NCBI GenBank assembly: GCA_964035545.1
Contig: OZ037768.1
Location: forward strand, 18,335,700-18,399,699
Length of the DNA stretch: 64,000 nt
Source: Bugula neritina
Lineage: Eukaryota > Animalia > Bryozoa
Direction: 5' to 3'
Below the pieces are notes generated by a model that searched no databases, was not told the origin of the DNA, and saw nothing but the letters and a program-made list of their open reading frames with translations. Position numbers and translations under genes: made by a program. Below, piece by piece: positions 39,961-54,900 of the stretch. The stretch's first letter is position 1. Every line of letters starts with the position of its first letter.

Positions 39961-40652
39961 CTAAATACAATCCAGCATAAAACTATAACATATAGATACT
40001 AATATGTTTTACTTAAACCATGTTAACCTTATAAAGCAGTGGCTACTTCACACTTGAAGGAAACATCTCTTTATTACTACTATGTTGCACCTTAGAATTC
40101 CCGCTCAAAATCTTAAACTAGTGCTCAGTGCGTAGATAAATTGATACCAAACCATTCTCTCTAGGAACTACACCACAAGTTTAATCAAAGCCAGTTGATT
40201 CTTATAGGTTACAGGCAACCAGCTAAGTTTTAAAATACAACTAAAATCTTGTAACTTTGATCTATTTTTGAGAGTTGTAACACAATCAAAGCAGTAAACA
40301 GCATGTGGCACTAATTTGCATCACAAGTTGCACCTAAATGAGCTAAGGTTGTATATTAGGGACAAAATAAACAAAAGACAATATCAGGCTTGCCCGGGCT
40401 GGCTCATTTATCAAACCCAGAAACAAGGTATCTACACTCAAATTATAATGGCAAGTGGTTTGCTTGTCAACCTAGCCTAACTGCCACGGGCTGAATCCAA
40501 ATTATATTTCAAAATTTTTTTATCACTCTGTAATCTGAAGACTCGTGAAAAGTGATGCCAAACTATGCAACTGTATAGGGATGCCAAAATGCCACAAACA
40601 TGGCAGCTTCAGTTAGGATCTTGAAGAGGAAAATGAGAGGAGGGTGGCCTAC

Positions 40653-40760
40653 CTGATCTAATAGGGTGGTGGGTCTGCAAATCAGCAGGTTTATATCTGC
40701 TCTATTCTCACTAAACAGTCTAATAGCTTCTTCACGGCTTCTAACATCTTTATTGTTAAT
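40653..40760 (-). CDS. PDZRN3/4-like exon (PDZ2 second half)
   Basis: ctacag|ATT...CAG|gtaggc; INNKDVRSREEAIRLFSENRADINLLICRP. Confidence 0.9.
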
Positions 40761-41271
40761 CTGTAGATATAAATATATTATAGCATCTCAAAACAATCAA
40801 ACAATTAAGAAGGTCATAAAGCAATTGATGAAACTTTAAGATCAGCAGACCCCCATTAGGAGTAGAAACATTGCTAAGTGAGTGGAAGGAAACTGCAGCT
40901 CCTTACAGATGATTAAGTACAGCACAGAGTAATGTAAACGCAGCAGTGGCGTATCAAACTGGAGTATTATTCTATTTGTTAAGCCAAGTGAACCATAAAT
41001 AGTTTTTGGTGCAACTGGCAATTGAGCGCGTTTTCAAGAGTCACTTGCTTGCTGTTTAAATTAAGCTAAAATTGAACAATAGAAAAGGCCATTCGAGTGC
41101 CTTCTCTTGTCTAGTGACATTGTTACCAATAATAGTGATTTCAGCGCCTAAAGGCGTTGTTTTTAACTGGCCTGGAGTAGTATTTTGCATCTGTGCTTTT
41201 TTATCTCGCTTTCTTTTCAAAGTAAAGCATCTGTAAGTTAATGGAAACGTTAACCAGTTATATACACATAC

Positions 41272-41436
41272 TTTGATTATTTGGTCTCCAGCTTGTATTC
41301 TTCCATTTTTTCCAGCAATAGACTCTACCTCTACGTCTCCAACAAACACGTCCGATACACCGGATTGGTCAACTTCACCGTAACACAGCGTCAGGCCTAT
41401 CCTGTCGTCTGCCGAACTTTTTCTCAACGCTACTAA
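41272..41436 (-). CDS. PDZRN3/4-like exon (PDZ2 first half)
   Basis: ttgtag|TTA...AAA|gtatgt; DRIGLTLCYG...VFVGDVEVESIAGKNGRIQAGDQIIK (cf. KLGLTVCY...SIAAKDGRIREGDRIIQ). Confidence 0.92.
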
Positions 41437-42156
41437 CTACAAAAAATAAATGATCGCTTAATTAGCAATTATAAGAAGTAACAGCTAATTACAGTGCATA
41501 GATTTTAGAAAATGAGAATGTCTTTGCTGTAATGGATGGAAATGAAGGAGCTATTATTCACACTTGAGCCAATTTCTCCATAGCTAGTATGGACTATAAG
41601 TCATTAGACCCATATGTCTAATACTCTTGATAGCATGTGATCTTTTGTGTGCTGATACATTTAATAACACTTGAGCACTTAGCCTCTAGAATCAGATGCC
41701 TCTATGGCTGCCCTGCTGCAGATACACCTTAATTCAAACCATGATTAGTTGGCCTATTTGAGTTTAATTAATCATATTATAGAGTCATGTTTATTGTGAG
41801 TGTAAAAATAACTACAAACTAGTGCTCGCAAATGGAAACCAAACAAATGGGATTGTTCAGCGGAGTTAGTTTATTTGTGGATATGAAATCCAATAAACAT
41901 GAAATTAGGCTGAACAGTGCTGTACAGATTTGTTGAAAGCGTATTCTTGTTGTTTTAAGAATCCTATTTAATAAAGAAGAGATGCTTTTACCCCCAGGGC
42001 CTAAGCTATATAATATCTATTATAAATAAACAATATAATCTTCATAAGGAAAAACTCTACTCAAAGATTTAATCAAGTAATGGGTTTAAACTTTTTCTGT
42101 AACCCAAAACTGAGTATCAGATGTAGTGAACTCAACATAATGGTTTAAATACGTAC

Positions 42157-42256
42157 ATCATATTCTACATCGTAGGAAAGTTCATCTGTCTCCAATTCAC
42201 CAGATATCTCCAAATTATCTGTAGAATTGGCCAGTGCAGCTACCTCCTCTAGGCTA
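42157..42256 (-). CDS. PDZRN3/4-like exon (acidic linker); NAGNAG acceptor (42256 or 42253)
   Basis: ttgtag|TAG|CCTAGAG...GAT|gtacgt; completes the phase-2 codon; ends ...DELSYDVEYD. Confidence 0.8.
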
Positions 42257-43012
42257 CTACAACATAGCGAGTGGCAACATAGGAGTGCATTCTATGACAG
42301 ATAATGAATAACAGCATAGAGAGTGCAGCAATGGCTACATACGTAACTAGATGTAATGGTCATTTTATTTATAATTGACTCTATCCCTGGAAAGGGGAAA
42401 AGCACCGAATCACTCCTTAAACTTATTAAAACATTGCAAATGGTCAGGTCACTGCTTTAATGCCAAGTTATGCTTAACTTAAAATATACAGTAACAATGT
42501 TTACACGTTACACCTATTTAACAGAGTAAATTGAATTGTGTATTGTGAAAATAACAAAACCGAAAGTTGCTGCTGATTACCTAACAATTACTCGAGCCAG
42601 CTTTTTTCAGCTAATCAAACATAAAGAACTATGAATGTTATTTTTGGATATTTACAAGCAAGCCATTATCAAATAATTGAAACGATTAATTATTTTATCA
42701 AGAACAAAGCTCTTTACAAAACCAATATTGACAGCGGATTTCGTTACAGCAATAAACAAGAACAGCATATTATTGATAACCTAATTATTTTCTTGATAAT
42801 AAGCATTGGTATGAGAGATTTAAATATGATGCTGGATTCATCTTTCTCAAACTCATTTGGACAGTAATGGTACACCCATGCTTTGATTACTCAACAATCA
42901 AGGAATTAATTAAACATAGTATGTTATTATTGTCATTTGACTAGCCTATTTTAATTAATTTTCTCCTTACACTAACAATAACGCAATGCTAATAATTGTA
43001 TATTCTGCTTAC

Positions 43013-43266
43013 CTGTACAGAGGAGGCGGGGCTGGAACTACAAACATTCTGCTGCAACAATTTGAATCCAGTGATGAACAATCTGTTTGAGTGGCAACAG
43101 AAGTCATGGTAACTGGAGACGAGTTTGCCAATGGTGCTGGATATTGGATTTGATCTTTAACTGGTGTAGATCTCCTCAACACCTCCACTGTGATAGGCTC
43201 TTCAGCCGTGTTCAAAGAATTTACCGTTTCTTCGTGTGTGGCATTAGATAAATCCTTCCCATTTAC
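43013..43266 (-). CDS. PDZRN3/4-like exon (PDZ1 second half)
   Basis: taatag|GTA AAT GGG...TAC AG|gtaagc; VNGKDLSNATHEETVNSLNTAEEPITVEVLRR. Confidence 0.92.
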
Positions 43267-46200
43267 CTATTACAGCAAAGAAATTTACAATAAACAACAC
43301 AGAAATTTCAGTCATTTGAATAGTAAACAGTTAAAAGCAAACCTTGTAATAAAAACACTTCTACCTACTCTAAGAATAACTATATCCAAATCTTTAAATA
43401 GTTTCCTTCCAGATCTTTGCTGTCTGTTTAGCAATTTCATACTTGAAGAATAATTATTCGACTAAAAACTGCAAGTACTAGCTTGGCTGTCTTAACTTCA
43501 AATGAACCTCAAGGGTTATTAACAACTACTTTATAGAAAAAACCTTAACCCAGCTTTGAACTCTTACTGAAAAACAAATATCATTGTTGTGAGCCAATTG
43601 AATTGATTAATGTGGTGAAATTGAGCACACACACAAAACACATGTGTGAAGGTATAGAAAGTGAGGGCACATGTTGGTTGTCACTAGGTCAACTGGTAAA
43701 TTGATATTACAATATGACGTAAACCACTTTGTGGTATGCCTTGCACACAGAAAGGGAGCACTTCCACAAAAATTGCACAAATTCTTGACATAATGTTTTC
43801 CTTGCCCACTGTTCTTATTTGCAACTCTTATTTTATATAGTAAATCAGGTGTGTTCAGCGTTCAATGAAATTAATTTAAGCTAGAAATAGTGTTGACATT
43901 GGCATAGAGGCTAATTTCTAACACTTGAAGGAACATTTGAACTCTTTCACTTGTTAAAGTCAAAACCAATCATCTAGGTGGAAGTGCTGCCAAATACTTG
44001 AAATTTATTTCTAAAAATTCAAGAAGTGCACTTTGGATGACACTTCTGGTGCGCCAGACTTGAATGAATTTCTAACCACAATTACTTTGATCTTCCCTAA
44101 TTACAGAGAGACTCAAATTGCATTTCATACAATGGCAATTGTTTACGATGCAAGTTTGCCATGAGCGTAATGACAACTCTCCTGTGTAGAAGGTGAGAAA
44201 AGGTTATTTCTCTCCAGGATACTGTTTAAATTATCCTAAAAGGTTGCAAACTATTGATATTGGATATGACAGTCTCTACCTGTTCACAACATGGGATCAT
44301 TAGATTACATAGACTTGTATGTAAAACAATAATTTTCCGTTAGTGAGTTGACAACAACTTTTTTTCTATAAGATTTAATGCTATTTAGCCAAGAATCTTG
44401 TTGATGGGGACTTTTTCTCTCTCCCATGGTATGTCAAGTCATTTAAAACCCTGCGAAACTGAGAAATGAGCCAACATCTAGGACTGTATTTGTTATGATA
44501 ATCAGACCTTGTGGTCTGCATTTCACTAAGTCACACTGTTTGGAATCTGGAAAATGCATTCCCTGAAACCATTTACTACATTTTCAGAGCCACCAGAGAC
44601 CACAAGTCTCACATTTGACACAAAAAGTTGCCAGAATAACAAATACAAAAACAGATATTTTTGGAATACCCCAGAGAGCTGCAATGTATCTGTAAAAAGA
44701 AATATAATCTTCTATTGTAGTCCTATTGGCTGGTGATCGATTTATTTTACCTTCACTTACATCAACAGAAATGCTATACTGGCACTTTTAAGATAAATAG
44801 ATGTAAATATTTTATGAGCCTCTTTACTTTGCAAGAATTACATCCTGGGCTAATTACTCAGTCTAAAGAATTTGTAAAATTAGATAAGATCATGTAGATA
44901 GTTAGTAGAGCATTGATAGTCCATTTACAGTACATTTTGTGGATAAAGTACTTATTTATTATTGGAGGGTTGAGATATAAACATGTATTAACCAAATATT
45001 TAGACTAAGAGCTGGAAAAAAGCTTATTTGATGGCAAGGGTGTTATTGGAAAGTTCCATAATTGAAAGGTTTTTAGGAATATCATCAGGAGAAGTTGCTG
45101 TTTGTAACAGCCATATGTCCAAGATGTTTGAATACAAAAGCTGGACTCAAGAAGGTTGAATGTTAAACATACTTAACCCTACTTGTACAACAAAAACATA
45201 GCAGTAAACAGATTGATTATTATTTTATATCAAAGGAGAACTCTAATGTACAGTCTATTATCTTATTTAATCGCCATCAGTCCCAACTAATTGTTCAATT
45301 ACTCAGCTATAAAACAATCAGTATTACTAGAATTTTCATAACATGCCATTATTCATAACTGAATTCTATTTCATATAGCAGAAAGTCTTGAGTGAATACT
45401 ATTGCATAATCAGTGAAATCTAGCATAAACCTACAAGAAAATCCATTTTATTTAATGAAATTGGCATAATGTTCTTTTTCGGTTGCTTTTTGATGTTTAT
45501 GCTGACGTTCATAATCTTTATGGCTAGCCAACTGGGCTATTCAAAGTCCCAAAAGTTTAAAATTTTCTTAGAAAGTTATCAAAGTAGTCAATAGCTAGTT
45601 GGAGATCATGGCTGACCAGCTGTCTCCGGATACTGAAGGGAAGAAAGCAGTACTCAGGGAGACAGAGTGGTGAATGAGAGCAGCTTGTGGTCAGTTAGAG
45701 TAGGTTTTGGTAATACGATGAACCACAAAGCCCACTTATGAAGCCTCAATTACTAAGATAAGTCAAACCAGTGCAGCAAACTCAGCCATGTTCATACCCA
45801 AAGGCTAGGAATTACCCAAAACCTGATAGTGCCGAAGAATGTCAAGTCATCCAGCAATCTGTACAGTCAACTGGTCCTTGCTTATTATTAGAACATTATA
45901 CAGTTCTAAATTTATACTAAAATATACTACGATAAAATCATAACTCTATCATACAACAATTACATAATTAGTTATAATTAATTAAAATTGCTTTAAAATT
46001 ATGATTGTATATACCTAGCTGCTATTCATTGTTTTTATTCTCTTCATTACTGAAATGAGTGAGAAACAATTTAGTTCCTTTATATAAAAGAAATATTTGG
46101 AGTAGTCTGCTCTTAACCTTGGCCGTGTTGACAGAGGAGCAGACAGTAGAATTTGATGAGGATTAGGCTAATAAAGCTAATGGATTTATGAAAGTGATGA

Positions 46201-46450
46201 ATATTATTGTATCTGGCAATGAAGACAGCCCTATGTTTACAACAATTATTCCACTGCACTATCTAAATGAAGGATCATTGGAATCATTATTGCCTTTCTT
46301 GTTATACGCTGCATCTTTTAGTAACTCAGCTGGTGAAATTAAGAATATATATGGAACAATAAATATTATAAACACAATATTGATGGGGAAAGATGGCATG
46401 TTTCTACACAAAAGCCAAGCAGCTAATTACTGCCAGTCTTAATAACTTAC

Positions 46451-46468
46451 GCAGATGATGTACTCCAT
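46451..46468 (-). CDS. Candidate alternative first coding micro-exon of the PDZRN gene (MEYIIC)
   Basis: ATG GAG TAC ATC ATC TGC|gtaagt, phase 0, in frame with the VNGK exon. Confidence 0.4.
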
Positions 46469-48957
46469 AGCTAGAGATTTAAATCACCAGTAAAGTGTTT
46501 GTGATTAGATGGAGTAATATTTTGACACTTATCAAAGGCTTAACAAGGAGAATAACTAATAACTATATGTTAAGCTGTAAAAATAGGTTATTGCGTCAGA
46601 ATAGTTTATACACCAGAGCTTTAGCTATAGAATGGGATAATGTTACACCACAGTTTGAATACCAAATATTTTTACACGAAAATATTTCATCAATGATTAG
46701 ATTTAACAGGCACCTGGACTGATACTACAGCAGTCACTTTCTAAAGAAAAATATTCAACAGTTAAAAGAATGAATGGCAGAAACTTGAAGACTAACTAAA
46801 CAGAAGTGTCCGATAAAATATCCATTATACTGTGATTTGCTAGTCTTATTGGTCTATCCAGGGCTTGCATTCTCTACTGAATAGCAGCTGAAAGGTTATG
46901 AAAGATTAACATTATTTAAATACTTTAATACTCAATTCTGCCACAATGAAGTTTCTTAATTTCTTTTTTCTTTCTATAATATTGATCTATAAATAACAGA
47001 GTGTAACCTGTCTCTTTCAAAGTACTTGGCAACTGAAATTTAGGCAACTAGCAACTACTGCAGCTGTATACATGTAACATTATCACATGTAAAACAATGT
47101 AAACCCCACTAAACTATACATTTAGAGTTGAAAACATGCTGTGATCAGTAAATACTAGCTTGAATGCTGCATAATGCCATCATATCTAAAGTGTCAATCA
47201 CAATGATTTGGTCACCGTAATTGTTTACAGCGACACTCCCGACTTTGAGTAGCACCTAACCCTGAGCTATACCAGTATAATCATCTATTAGCTGCTATAC
47301 GTTGTCTTTATACCATCCTACAAGCTGCCACACAGCCATACTGGACATATTAATTAGATATCTATGGATTATTATAAGCAGAACATGGAGCAACTTTCAA
47401 CATCAACTTTTACATAAATTGTTTTTATAAAAGCTAGCAAACTTTACAAAGTAAACTTTGAAATGGGGGCCTTTTATTTCATGTATATTTACACAAAGAG
47501 CAAGTCATGTTTTGTGTTTGCAAAGGATGAAATGATTGTTGAGTGCTAGTACAAGTACTGCCTATCTATTTTGGTTCATTGTAGATGAGGGCACTAGACA
47601 TCGGGCACAGCCACTTTGAACATTACCCTTCTTATCCATCAACAGTTACTACCCTCCAAACTTGTTCTCAAATAGATAATGTAAGAATAGATATGTTACA
47701 GGGTATATTAGCAGTTCATTGTCTTTCCTATTCTAGTCAACACCCAGAAAGCTGATAAAAGTAACATGACATCACCTCTTATGCCCTATTGGACCACAAA
47801 AAATGTCAGAAACCTCCTTTAATCATTATTATTTGTTTACAAAATTTGATAATGATAAAAAAAATGTTATCAGCAGCATGTGAGAACTGGTAAATACAAG
47901 AGCAGACTGGGAGACAGAGCTAGCATGGGCTGTTGAAACAGGGCGAATAAAACCAACAATTTTATGGTTAAAGTTTTGAATATTTGTATGATTCTAATAA
48001 TTATATGCAAAAAGTGAAACTTGAATATGATATGAAAGGGTGGGGTTAGATTGGGGACTTTGTGACAGTCACAATAATTATTATTTTAATAAATAATGAA
48101 GAATTAATTGATGGAACTGACAAACCTTACTTTAACACCAAGTATATGTTATTTACAACAATGTAGAAAAATTGAGGGCTATTCGTGACTTGATAAACAT
48201 TATAGTAAGAACCTATGAGAACAGTTTATTAAAGCTTAGCTATAAAATCCTACGGGTTTATGGATCTAAATATCTGCCATCAACATTGCGAGGGCACACT
48301 GATTAGATTCAGTATTGAAAATATTATTAATTAGTGTCTTTTTCTGAGTGCCAAGGCATTGATTTATCTTAATTTTCCCTCAACGCTAAATATAAATTAA
48401 TTACATTATTCTTCAGCAGTTTGCACAGAAAAAATTCTAAGAAATCAGATTTACTTACATAAATAATGATAATGTAACTGTGTGCTGATAACGGTCAACT
48501 ACATGTGTATTGATATCGCTTTAGGGCTTAGGCTGTAACTTAACAATACTTGTCTGGTTTTATTAGTATTTCATCTCCACATTTAAATCTTACTGCAACC
48601 ATAAGAATCAAAAAATAACATAGATTGGGAACTTATGTGTAATGGTGATTTTATAGTGGTAATATCTCATTTTCAATTTGTGAATTTAAAAATCCTCTAT
48701 TGTTGTTTACTTTATCTACAATTTCTACTTTCAACAGACTTTTACTGCGTAAAGTGCACAGTGGTAAAACATTTGCTACATGATGTTGAATAAGTATAGG
48801 CTGGCTATACACATTTAACTATATGATATAACATCATCAAGTTCGTATTGTAATTCAGTGATACTGATTGTCATTGTGATAGCCAGAGTCCAGGAAAACA
48901 GCTTTCAAAATCACAGCAAAAGAAGTGGAAGTTACCGTAAGGTTAAAAGTGACTCAC

Positions 48958-48978
48958 CTTAACAATAATGAAGTCCAT
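48958..48978 (-). CDS. Candidate alternative first coding micro-exon of the PDZRN gene (MDFIIVK)
   Basis: aaaaccATGG Kozak context; ATG GAC TTC ATT ATT GTT AAG|gtgagt consensus donor, phase 0. Confidence 0.5.
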
Positions 48979-51900
48979 GGTTTTATAGAGATGATTTATC
49001 CGTTTTAGCTATTACAGTATGCAGTACACTATTGGCATATGTATAGGATAATTACAGTAATAATAGACATATATTTAGTAATATAAACATAGAGAAAGGT
49101 GTCTGGTGGTCCCGTATATTATCTTAATGTATGTTAATAGGATTCTATCCTTGCAAAGGTACCTCTTCCCAATTATGCTAAAACGTTTTGGATCTGCCTA
49201 AAATTATGTGCTGCAAGTTTCAGTGCAGTAATAGATATAACTCAGTTTATTACAAGCATGTTGATGCTATGCGTCATTAGCCATGCTTGCTGTGTTATGA
49301 ACAATGCATTCTGGGAAACAGAAATTCTGAAAGGTGATTGGTGCGAGAATGCGTGGACAGCCAATAAAACACCTTACACTGTAAATACATATCTTATTAC
49401 AAGTATTTCAATATTGTGCATTAGATTAGATCAGCTATTGCAGGAAATAATGTTTACCGTGGAAAAGAATTTACAAATAAGATTTGTTTCTTGGCATTTA
49501 TCATAACTGTCTAGTGGCCATCTCATATTACCTCATGGTTTATGTAATACTAATATAAGTCTGACGCTTTAGAAACACCTGAACAGTTACTACTCGCGTT
49601 ACAATTGGGAGATATTAATGCATAAAAAAGCTAGAATTTCGTCACAAATAAAAGTAGCATTAGAACAAAAACTGCAGTATAGAAAAATGTGCTGACGTAT
49701 TATATACAATAATGCCTGCTACTCCATGATCAAATTTTGTCAAAGAAATAGTGACGTAATAACCATGTGATTTTGATAGCCAAAAAAACAGGGGCATAGG
49801 GAACAAAATATCGATCTTCTAATAGAAGAGGTAGAAACTTGAGCAGTCTGCCTTCAAACAAGCTTCAAACAGTTTATTAATACTAAATCTAATGAGTAGT
49901 GTGCACTGCCCATATCAACTTTACAAAGGATAACAAATGCAAACTTTCAAACACCACCATTATCATAACCCTCATAGTAAGCTAAAGCTCAAAGATAAAA
50001 GCGTTTTATGATTACAGCTTATTTTTGTTAGTTTGACCAGCAGCTTGCCGGTATCTTTGAAAGTCTTCAACTAATGTACATTTTAAACTAATAGGTGCTT
50101 GTAAGCATCAAAGGAATAGTCCAGTTATAACACACTTTTATAATTATTATATAAAAGCCATTGATAGCTTATCAAGGACATAAATCAATCTTCAATAGAG
50201 CACTAGTCATCTCCAAGTCAGTGAAGACAAACAAGAGCATCCGGTAATGAAGATATGATCCTAGCAGTAACTAACTGAGTGAGTGTGGTGGTCACTGGTG
50301 TGATACTTGCATAGCTACCAGATGTTTGGTTAAAGAGAAATGGTAACCAACTTAGAGGTGGTGAGAGATATTAATGGGTTTACTCTATTAATATCAGTGA
50401 ATAGAATTAATATACATTCGACCAAACAACAGGAAGTGTACATAACTTAAGTTTTAAAACTAAGAAAGATGATTGATGTCAAAGAAATTAACTGTTTCTA
50501 ATATTTAGTCACTCTAAAGTCTAAAGTAACTCTTAGTCAACTATATAAGCGATGACCAGAGAGCTAGCCCTGCATATTGAAGTCAAGAAGATATTTTTGA
50601 TGCATCAATATGAAAACTCATTCATAGTTTTTCCTAAATGTTTCACTATAAGCGGTTTAGAGGCTATGAATTCGTAAATAGTATTGAATTAGGCATCAAC
50701 TATAGATTAATTAGCAATTTATAAATTTGAATCCAGCTTTGAAATTATCAGCCATGGCCAGGCCTGTTGCTGCTCAAAGGACTTGTCTCGACTTGCTGTA
50801 CAGGGTCAACACGCAGCCTGCTAATTACTTGTACTACTCTTTTAATTTGCGTCACCTTTTTGACACTTATCAACACTTGAATTCAGCTAATTATAGTAGA
50901 TCTACTCTGATTAGCCTATATTAAAATATTATAACTATCAGCAGTTTGCTGTTATAATAGACATATTAGATGTTGAAAATTAACTAGTCATAATTAAGTG
51001 GCTTCCTGCAACTCAAATTTCATGAGAAACTGATTTTATTCATGAGAACCACGGAGTTGGTGCATGCACTCTGCTCATAACTATTATACTTTCATTTTGT
51101 CTACGGGCATCATGTGATGGGAGCAATGGTTTTGGCTGTATATTCATTTCATTTATTAGCCTTATTGAGAATGAAGATGCCACCTTTATTTAGCCTAAGT
51201 TTTTAATTATTGGCTTGGAGTTTGTGATGTAACTACTACGCCTCCTACCTACAAATGTCTTTGAAATGTGGACTTTCATGTTACAGTAACTTTTGTTCAC
51301 CTTTTTCAGCATCGCAGAAAACTCCAAAAATTTAGAAATGATTGGAAAAACTTAGCAATAAGTTGAGCAAACACTGGTTAAACAAGCTATTTGCGTGTAA
51401 ATAAGGGCTTCTTAAGATTAGTCTAAGTGTGTGTTCAAAGGTATGCAGGTACAGAAAATCTACTAGTGAGGCAGTAAAGTGTTGGCTGTAGGTACTGGGC
51501 AAAGAGTAACATGCTGCTCTCTCATACCCAGACAGGATATATCTCCTCATGTGGTCACACTTACCATTATTCACTTATACTCCAGCAAGCGATCAGCTGC
51601 CCGTGAATACATAAATTAATATAAATTATCTTCATAAATAGAAAAGTTTTGTTTACTCTAAGCTAAAGTTGGAAGTGTATAATAGAGATGTGTACCATGT
51701 GCTTGACGTGTGTCTAAGGAGACGAGTGTTTGACCAAACTAGCCCTGGGTACAAAAATATCGGCCAACTTCTTCACCAGTTAAAGTAGAGTCTACTTAAG
51801 CCCTTCTTGATGCGGAGTTTCAAAAGAGAGCAAAGATTATGAATGTATAATTCCTCTAAGATCTTAGTACACACATATGCACTGTAAGAGTGTGCAATAA

Positions 51901-54900
51901 TTTAAGCCCTTTTTGATGTTTTGGTATATTTTTAGAAGTTCAATGGGTTGTAGCATGAATCACCAAATATACACTTAGCCTACACCGCTGCCAATTTGCA
52001 GCTCTTTGTTTACAAATATAAATATACTTTAGATAATAAAGAGAAATCTTACTTTTCAGTGGTTGTCGAAGAAGTATACCAACTTGTTCCCCTCTATAAT
52101 GCTAACTTCTAGATTATCCCCACTAGAATTGTACTAGAACTCTTAATGTGTCATCCAACTCTACCTTCCCCCAGGTGTAACTTGTAAATGTGAAGTACTA
52201 GCATGGATAGTGTTTGTTCTATTATGTGTACAAGCTAGACAAGTATTTTATTAAATGTTATGACTCAGCATATAAATACAATTATTTACTTATTGATATA
52301 CTTATAAGACCTCTTAGATCTAGTCAGCTGGATGCCATATGAGTGCTTACAGAGTCTGTAAAATAATTAATTTGTAGAGTAGATTGCTTTTAGTATATGA
52401 TCCTGACCAGCACCAGCTGCTATTATACTATAAACATGTTATGATCCCCTAACTTAGTCTAAAATTCTGTCGAATCTTTACATGTGCGGCTACAAGGTCT
52501 TTTAAAGGTTAAAAAAAGTTTTTGAAACTATTAGAATATTTATGCCAAGTCCGATTGCAAAACAAAAAGTAATAAATGATAATGCTATAAACGTTTTAGG
52601 CCTATGTAATAACTCCAAATTTGTATCTATATTGTAAGATAAAGATGCAATTGGTAAAAATTGAAGTATTTATTATGTTATTAAATTTGAGCATAAAAAT
52701 AGCTTTAGAGAAGGGAATGAAAGATTATGCACAATGGAAGTAGAAATCATTATTCTAACAATGCAGGCCTCATCTCAGTCAACAAAGTACAGCTGTAAAA
52801 GAATATAGCGGTCGGTTTCTGAGCCTTTAATAACTTTAAACAAATATGTGAACAAGACCTTTTTCAAAAGCTTCCTATTTGAACAAATTTGAAACTTTGT
52901 ATTACTTTGTTATTTTCCTTAATTTTTGTATAAAGCTACAAAGATTGGGTGGCATGACTAAGCACCCTATAAAATCAAATATATTGGTTGAGAAACTTGG
53001 CTACAGCTGGATCAGGCTCGTGGGAGAAGTGCGAAGTAGTGATGATTTGTTGACTTAAGTTTGAAAATGAAAGCAACTTGGTTTTGTTGAGTAATTATGT
53101 TGTTTTTATGCATATATAATATTACACCGGTGAAGCTAGGGGTTGCAATTGACGTGTTGTGGCCAAGTGTTTGTATAGATAGCTGTGAAGAGTGTTGCCA
53201 TCGGTTTATTATTTTTATTTGACTGTTGAGTGAATTAGTTGAGTTGTAGACAATAGAACATTCATGTAGATGATAGATTAGCAAAACAAATCGAACATGA
53301 GAATTTTTATTAGCTAGATGAATAGTTAGTCAACATAAATAAGGTTAAAATATCAACTACAAAGATTTACATACAATGATAGCCAATACTAAATGGTTTA
53401 TAGTTGGGAAACAAGCAACATTTGGCGGGTAACAATGCATAATATGGATGAGATGTGGCCACAATAAAGCATACTAATGTCCAGAGGGTTTGATTGTTAT
53501 TTCATGAGGTTGAGTTGAGATTTATTACGATGACTAGGGCTTCGTGACAAATGTGATCAAAGCTAACCTATTGCTCACATAACCTCTAAATATTTGTAAT
53601 AATTATGATAGGTTGAATGTAGTAATGAAAATATTATTATAAATAATTATTATATTATACACTGTATTGTCATGTATTACTGTATAATAAGACAATATTC
53701 ATTTATATTTCCATTAGTTTTCTTATTGTGTTGGAGGCAGGTGACGAGAAGTAGCTATCAGAAATTAATTGTTACTCAATTACTTGGACTACGTGATAAT
53801 TCTCCATCAGCACTCACCATCAGGTACAGCTTAGCAGATCTATACGTAGATTGTATAGTGTTTACAACAAAAGCACTAAGCAGAAGTCAGTTATTGACCA
53901 CTTAGGTTTAATTTATACAACTGAGTCTATCTGAAATTGAATCAATAGGGGAAACCAGAGAGACCGCCCTAAAAGCACTACTTTTTATCAGTATGACCTA
54001 GCACTATATTAAATAGAGAGCAGGTGAAAGTTGCTCAAGTACTGCTAATGAAAATTAGTAGATCCTATCTATAATGTATATACAAGGGAGTAAATGAGTG
54101 CAAATTATATTAGTTGCCATTTCTTTTACCAAAATGTAAACATTTTAAAGGCTGAGTTGGGTGTTGAAGGATTAATTCAACATTTCTGTAGTCTTTGAGT
54201 GGGTACTGGCTTGTGTTTCAATTATTTAGCAAATCATTTCAAATTGGGTTCAAGTATGGGCAGATGAGCTTTTAGATGTTCACCTGTCTATAATGAAAGT
54301 CCTTAATGACTATGATTATTATTGAGGGAGTTAATTATGGTGCTTGATTAGTGTATATATGCTTACAGTTTCACTTCCTAATTCTTTTTTAAAAAACTGT
54401 TGAACAAAATAATACCTGTAAATCTTGGCCCATTATCAATTATCTCACTCCCAGTTAATCAAGATTTTATTATTTTACTAGAAGAACATTCTTATTGTCA
54501 AAAGAAACTTTCATTTACTTTGGTTATAGCCTCTCCATCTTAAAAAGTTTAGTGTAACAACCCTGTTCAAGATTTGTTCATTTCAAGTCATGGATAATGA
54601 GAATGCAAGTTTGGGTCATGATGAAAGTGGGAGTCCAGTAAGTCATGCACGGTAGATATAGTTCTAATAAAGTTACTCAATACTGTAATATCAAAGTCTG
54701 CCATGTTAGCTGATTTTATAAATCTATTTTTGTATCGTTTCATGGGTTCCCAGAAACTTAGAACGTGCAAACACACGACAGAACTTGGAATGCCTGCAGT
54801 GAAACAAACTGGTTTTTGCTACTGATGGCATAAGCAAAACTTACAGCACTTTAGGAAGATCTAGAAGAAGCGAAATACACACCACCCCATTTTTACCCAC

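Noticed and set aside
44754-54845. Other GTAAGT donors in the large PDZRN intron (44760, 48458, 54844) as alternative coding first exons
   Set aside because: Each meets an in-frame stop before any ATG.
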